Positions 15,829 through 17,236 of a DNA stretch of 17,236 bases are shown in pieces. Position 1 is the stretch's first letter. Every line of letters starts with the position of its first letter. This DNA is from Calditrichia bacterium (GTDB lineage: Bacteria; Calditrichota; Calditrichia; RBG-13-44-9), in assembly GCA_037381445.1 (NCBI GenBank), contig JARRQT010000034.1:1-17236 (forward strand). Direction: 5' to 3'. Below the pieces are notes generated by a model. That model ran no database searches and had not been told where the DNA came from. It saw nothing but the letters and a program-made list of their open reading frames with translations. The translations under genes were made by a program, and so were the position numbers.

Positions 15829-16881
15829 TCATGATTTTTGATAATGAATTTTAATTTGCTCAATCAACTCTTCCGTGTTCGGCACATTGCCGCCCATCCG
15901 GCCGTAGAAATACACGGGAACCTTCATTTCGGTGGCCAGGCGCACATCGTCAATCATCTGTCCGTTGCTCATTTCGCTCACGAAAAATGCCGCGCCGCGG
16001 TCAGCCAGCTCTTTTATCTGTTTTTTGGGGAAGGGGAAGAGTGTGATCGGGCGAAGAAGGCCGACTTTCAGCCCTTCTTTGCGAAGCTGTTCCACCGCAG
16101 AGCGCAGCATCCGGGAAACAATACCATAGCCCATGATTACGAATTTTGCATCGTCCAGATAATACTCTTCATAACGCACTTCGTTTTCCTCAACCAATGC
16201 ATATTTCTTCTGCAGTTTGCGATTATGAGCTTCCAGCTCATCGGGATCCAGGGAAATGGAACTGATAAGATTCTTTTTGCTTTCCAGGTCACCATAAAGG
16301 GCCCAGTCTTCCCGCGGAAAATCAACGCGGGGTTCTTCATATTCTACCGGCTCCATCATTTGGCCGATAAAACCATCGGTCAGAATGAATGCCGGATTAC
16401 GATATTTGAACGCAAGGTCGAAAGACAAGCGCGTGAGATCGCACATTTCCTGGGCACTGTTCGGTGCTAACACGATATTTTTATAATTGCCGTGTCCGCC
16501 GCCTTTGACGATCTGGTTGTAATCGCTTTGTTCAGGAGCAATATTTCCCAATCCGGGGCCACCGCGGACCACATCCACTGCCACGATGGGTAGTTCCGCA
16601 CCGGCAGCGTACGAGATGCCTTCCTGTTTCAGGCTCATGCCCGGGCTGGACGAAGCAGTCATGGCCCTGAGTCCGCCGCTGACTGCGCCATAAAGCATGT
16701 TTACCGCGGCCACTTCGCTTTCCGCCTGAATGAATGTTCCGTTAATTATCGGTAAGTAATAGGCAGCAGCTTCCGCAATTTCGGATGCCGGTGTAATGGG
16801 ATAACCAAAATATAAGCGGCAACCGGCCAGGATCGCGCCCTTCACTACTGCGTAATTTCCTTTAAGAAGTTCTTTTGCCAT
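15829..16881 (-). CDS. vorB: 2-oxoacid:ferredoxin oxidoreductase alpha subunit (VorB-like, 3-methyl-2-oxobutanoate dehydrogenase type)
   Basis: [57 protein letters not shown]. Confidence 0.9.
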   Translation of the reverse strand: MAKELLKGNYAVVKGAILAGCRLYFGYPITPASEIAEAAAYYLPIINGTFIQAESEVAAVNMLYGAVSGGLRAMTASSSPGMSLKQEGISYAAGAELPIVAVDVVRGGPGLGNIAPEQSDYNQIVKGGGHGNYKNIVLAPNSAQEMCDLTRLSFDLAFKYRNPAFILTDGFIGQMMEPVEYEEPRVDFPREDWALYGDLESKKNLISSISLDPDELEAHNRKLQKKYALVEENEVRYEEYYLDDAKFVIMGYGIVSRMLRSAVEQLRKEGLKVGLLRPITLFPFPKKQIKELADRGAAFFVSEMSNGQMIDDVRLATEMKVPVYFYGRMGGNVPNTEELIEQIKIHYQKS

Positions 16882-16883
16882 TT

Positions 16884-17144
16884 CTAAAATACCTCCTCAT
16901 TTTCTTGAAGCACATGGCCTTTTTTATAAACCGCCACTGCTTCCGGTTCGGGACAGGCATAAAAACAGACGTTGCAGCCCGTGCAGCCTTCCCCGATATA
17001 ATATGCATAATGGTAACCTTTAGAGTTGAATTTTTCATGAAATTTCAATACATCCTGCGGGCAGGCGTCAATACACAGGCCGCACCCTTTGCAAATTTCC
17101 GGAAGAATCTGTGTCCAGTTTTTATCCAGAATTTTTTCGTTCAT
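16884..17144 (-). CDS. 2x[4Fe-4S] ferredoxin-like delta subunit of the oxoacid oxidoreductase
   Basis: [12 protein letters not shown] and [14 protein letters not shown], with N.KGYH between them. Start placed at ATG 17144 (MNEKIL), which has AAGAGG 6 nt upstream. Confidence 0.88.
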   Translation of the reverse strand: MNEKILDKNWTQILPEICKGCGLCIDACPQDVLKFHEKFNSKGYHYAYYIGEGCTGCNVCFYACPEPEAVAVYKKGHVLQENEEVF

Positions 17145-17161
17145 GACTAACCTCTTATTAT

Positions 17162-17198
17162 TCGTTAAATGATTCACTAGTATATTCATCCAATTATA
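17162..17198 (-). promoter_or_regulatory. Putative -10 element and Rex-like operator of the vor operon
   Basis: Minus strand TATAAT at 17193-17198, followed by TAGTGAA-TCAT-TTAACGA at 17162-17179, upstream of the RBS. No -35 recognised. Confidence 0.5.
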
Positions 17199-17236
17199 CA
17201 TTGAATGAAGGAAAATTTTTTAGTTTCCTGAACAAA

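Noticed and set aside
14947..16470. Long plus-strand ORFs (14947-15795, 282 aa; 15838-16470, 210 aa) and similar ones such as 3787-4359, 7957-8484 and 10109-10561
   Set aside because: They lie antisense to well-supported genes, have no recognisable motifs and look like codon-bias shadows.
17145..17201. N-terminal extension of the ferredoxin-like ORF given in the ORF track
   Set aside because: It overlaps the putative -10 element and Rex box, and the downstream ATG at 17144 has a good RBS.
1..17236. CRISPR arrays, tRNA/rRNA genes, IS elements or integrases
   Set aside because: I saw no regularly spaced repeats, RNA gene signatures, or transposase or integrase ORFs.

Overview
All protein genes in this window are on the minus strand, forming three consecutive redox operons of a probable anaerobic prokaryote. 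In transcription order (right to left): (1) a 2-oxoacid:ferredoxin oxidoreductase of the Vor type (ferredoxin-like delta, alpha, fused beta-gamma), followed by an intrinsic terminator; (2) a complete four-subunit group 3b (sulfhydrogenase-type, NAD(P)-coupled) [NiFe]-hydrogenase, followed by a perfect 16-bp hairpin; (3) after a long AT-rich spacer/leader, an unusual cluster. Cluster 3 holds a divergent hydrogenase maturation protease, a second AsrA/AsrB (HyhB/HyhG, FlxB/FlxA)-like FeS + FAD/NAD(P) pair, an apparently non-catalytic molybdopterin-family (FdhA/NuoG-C-like) protein, a 4x[4Fe-4S] protein, a zinc-ribbon/TPR protein and a group 4 [NiFe]-hydrogenase core (NuoH-, NuoB-, NuoC-, NuoD-like) with intact Ni-binding cysteines. 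No antiporter-like or NuoI-like subunit is in the window. Rex-like 18-bp operators precede all three operons. Cluster 3, a putative NAD(P)(H)-linked membrane-anchored group 4 hydrogenase, is the most interesting candidate system. All calls come from motif reading only; no database searches were run.
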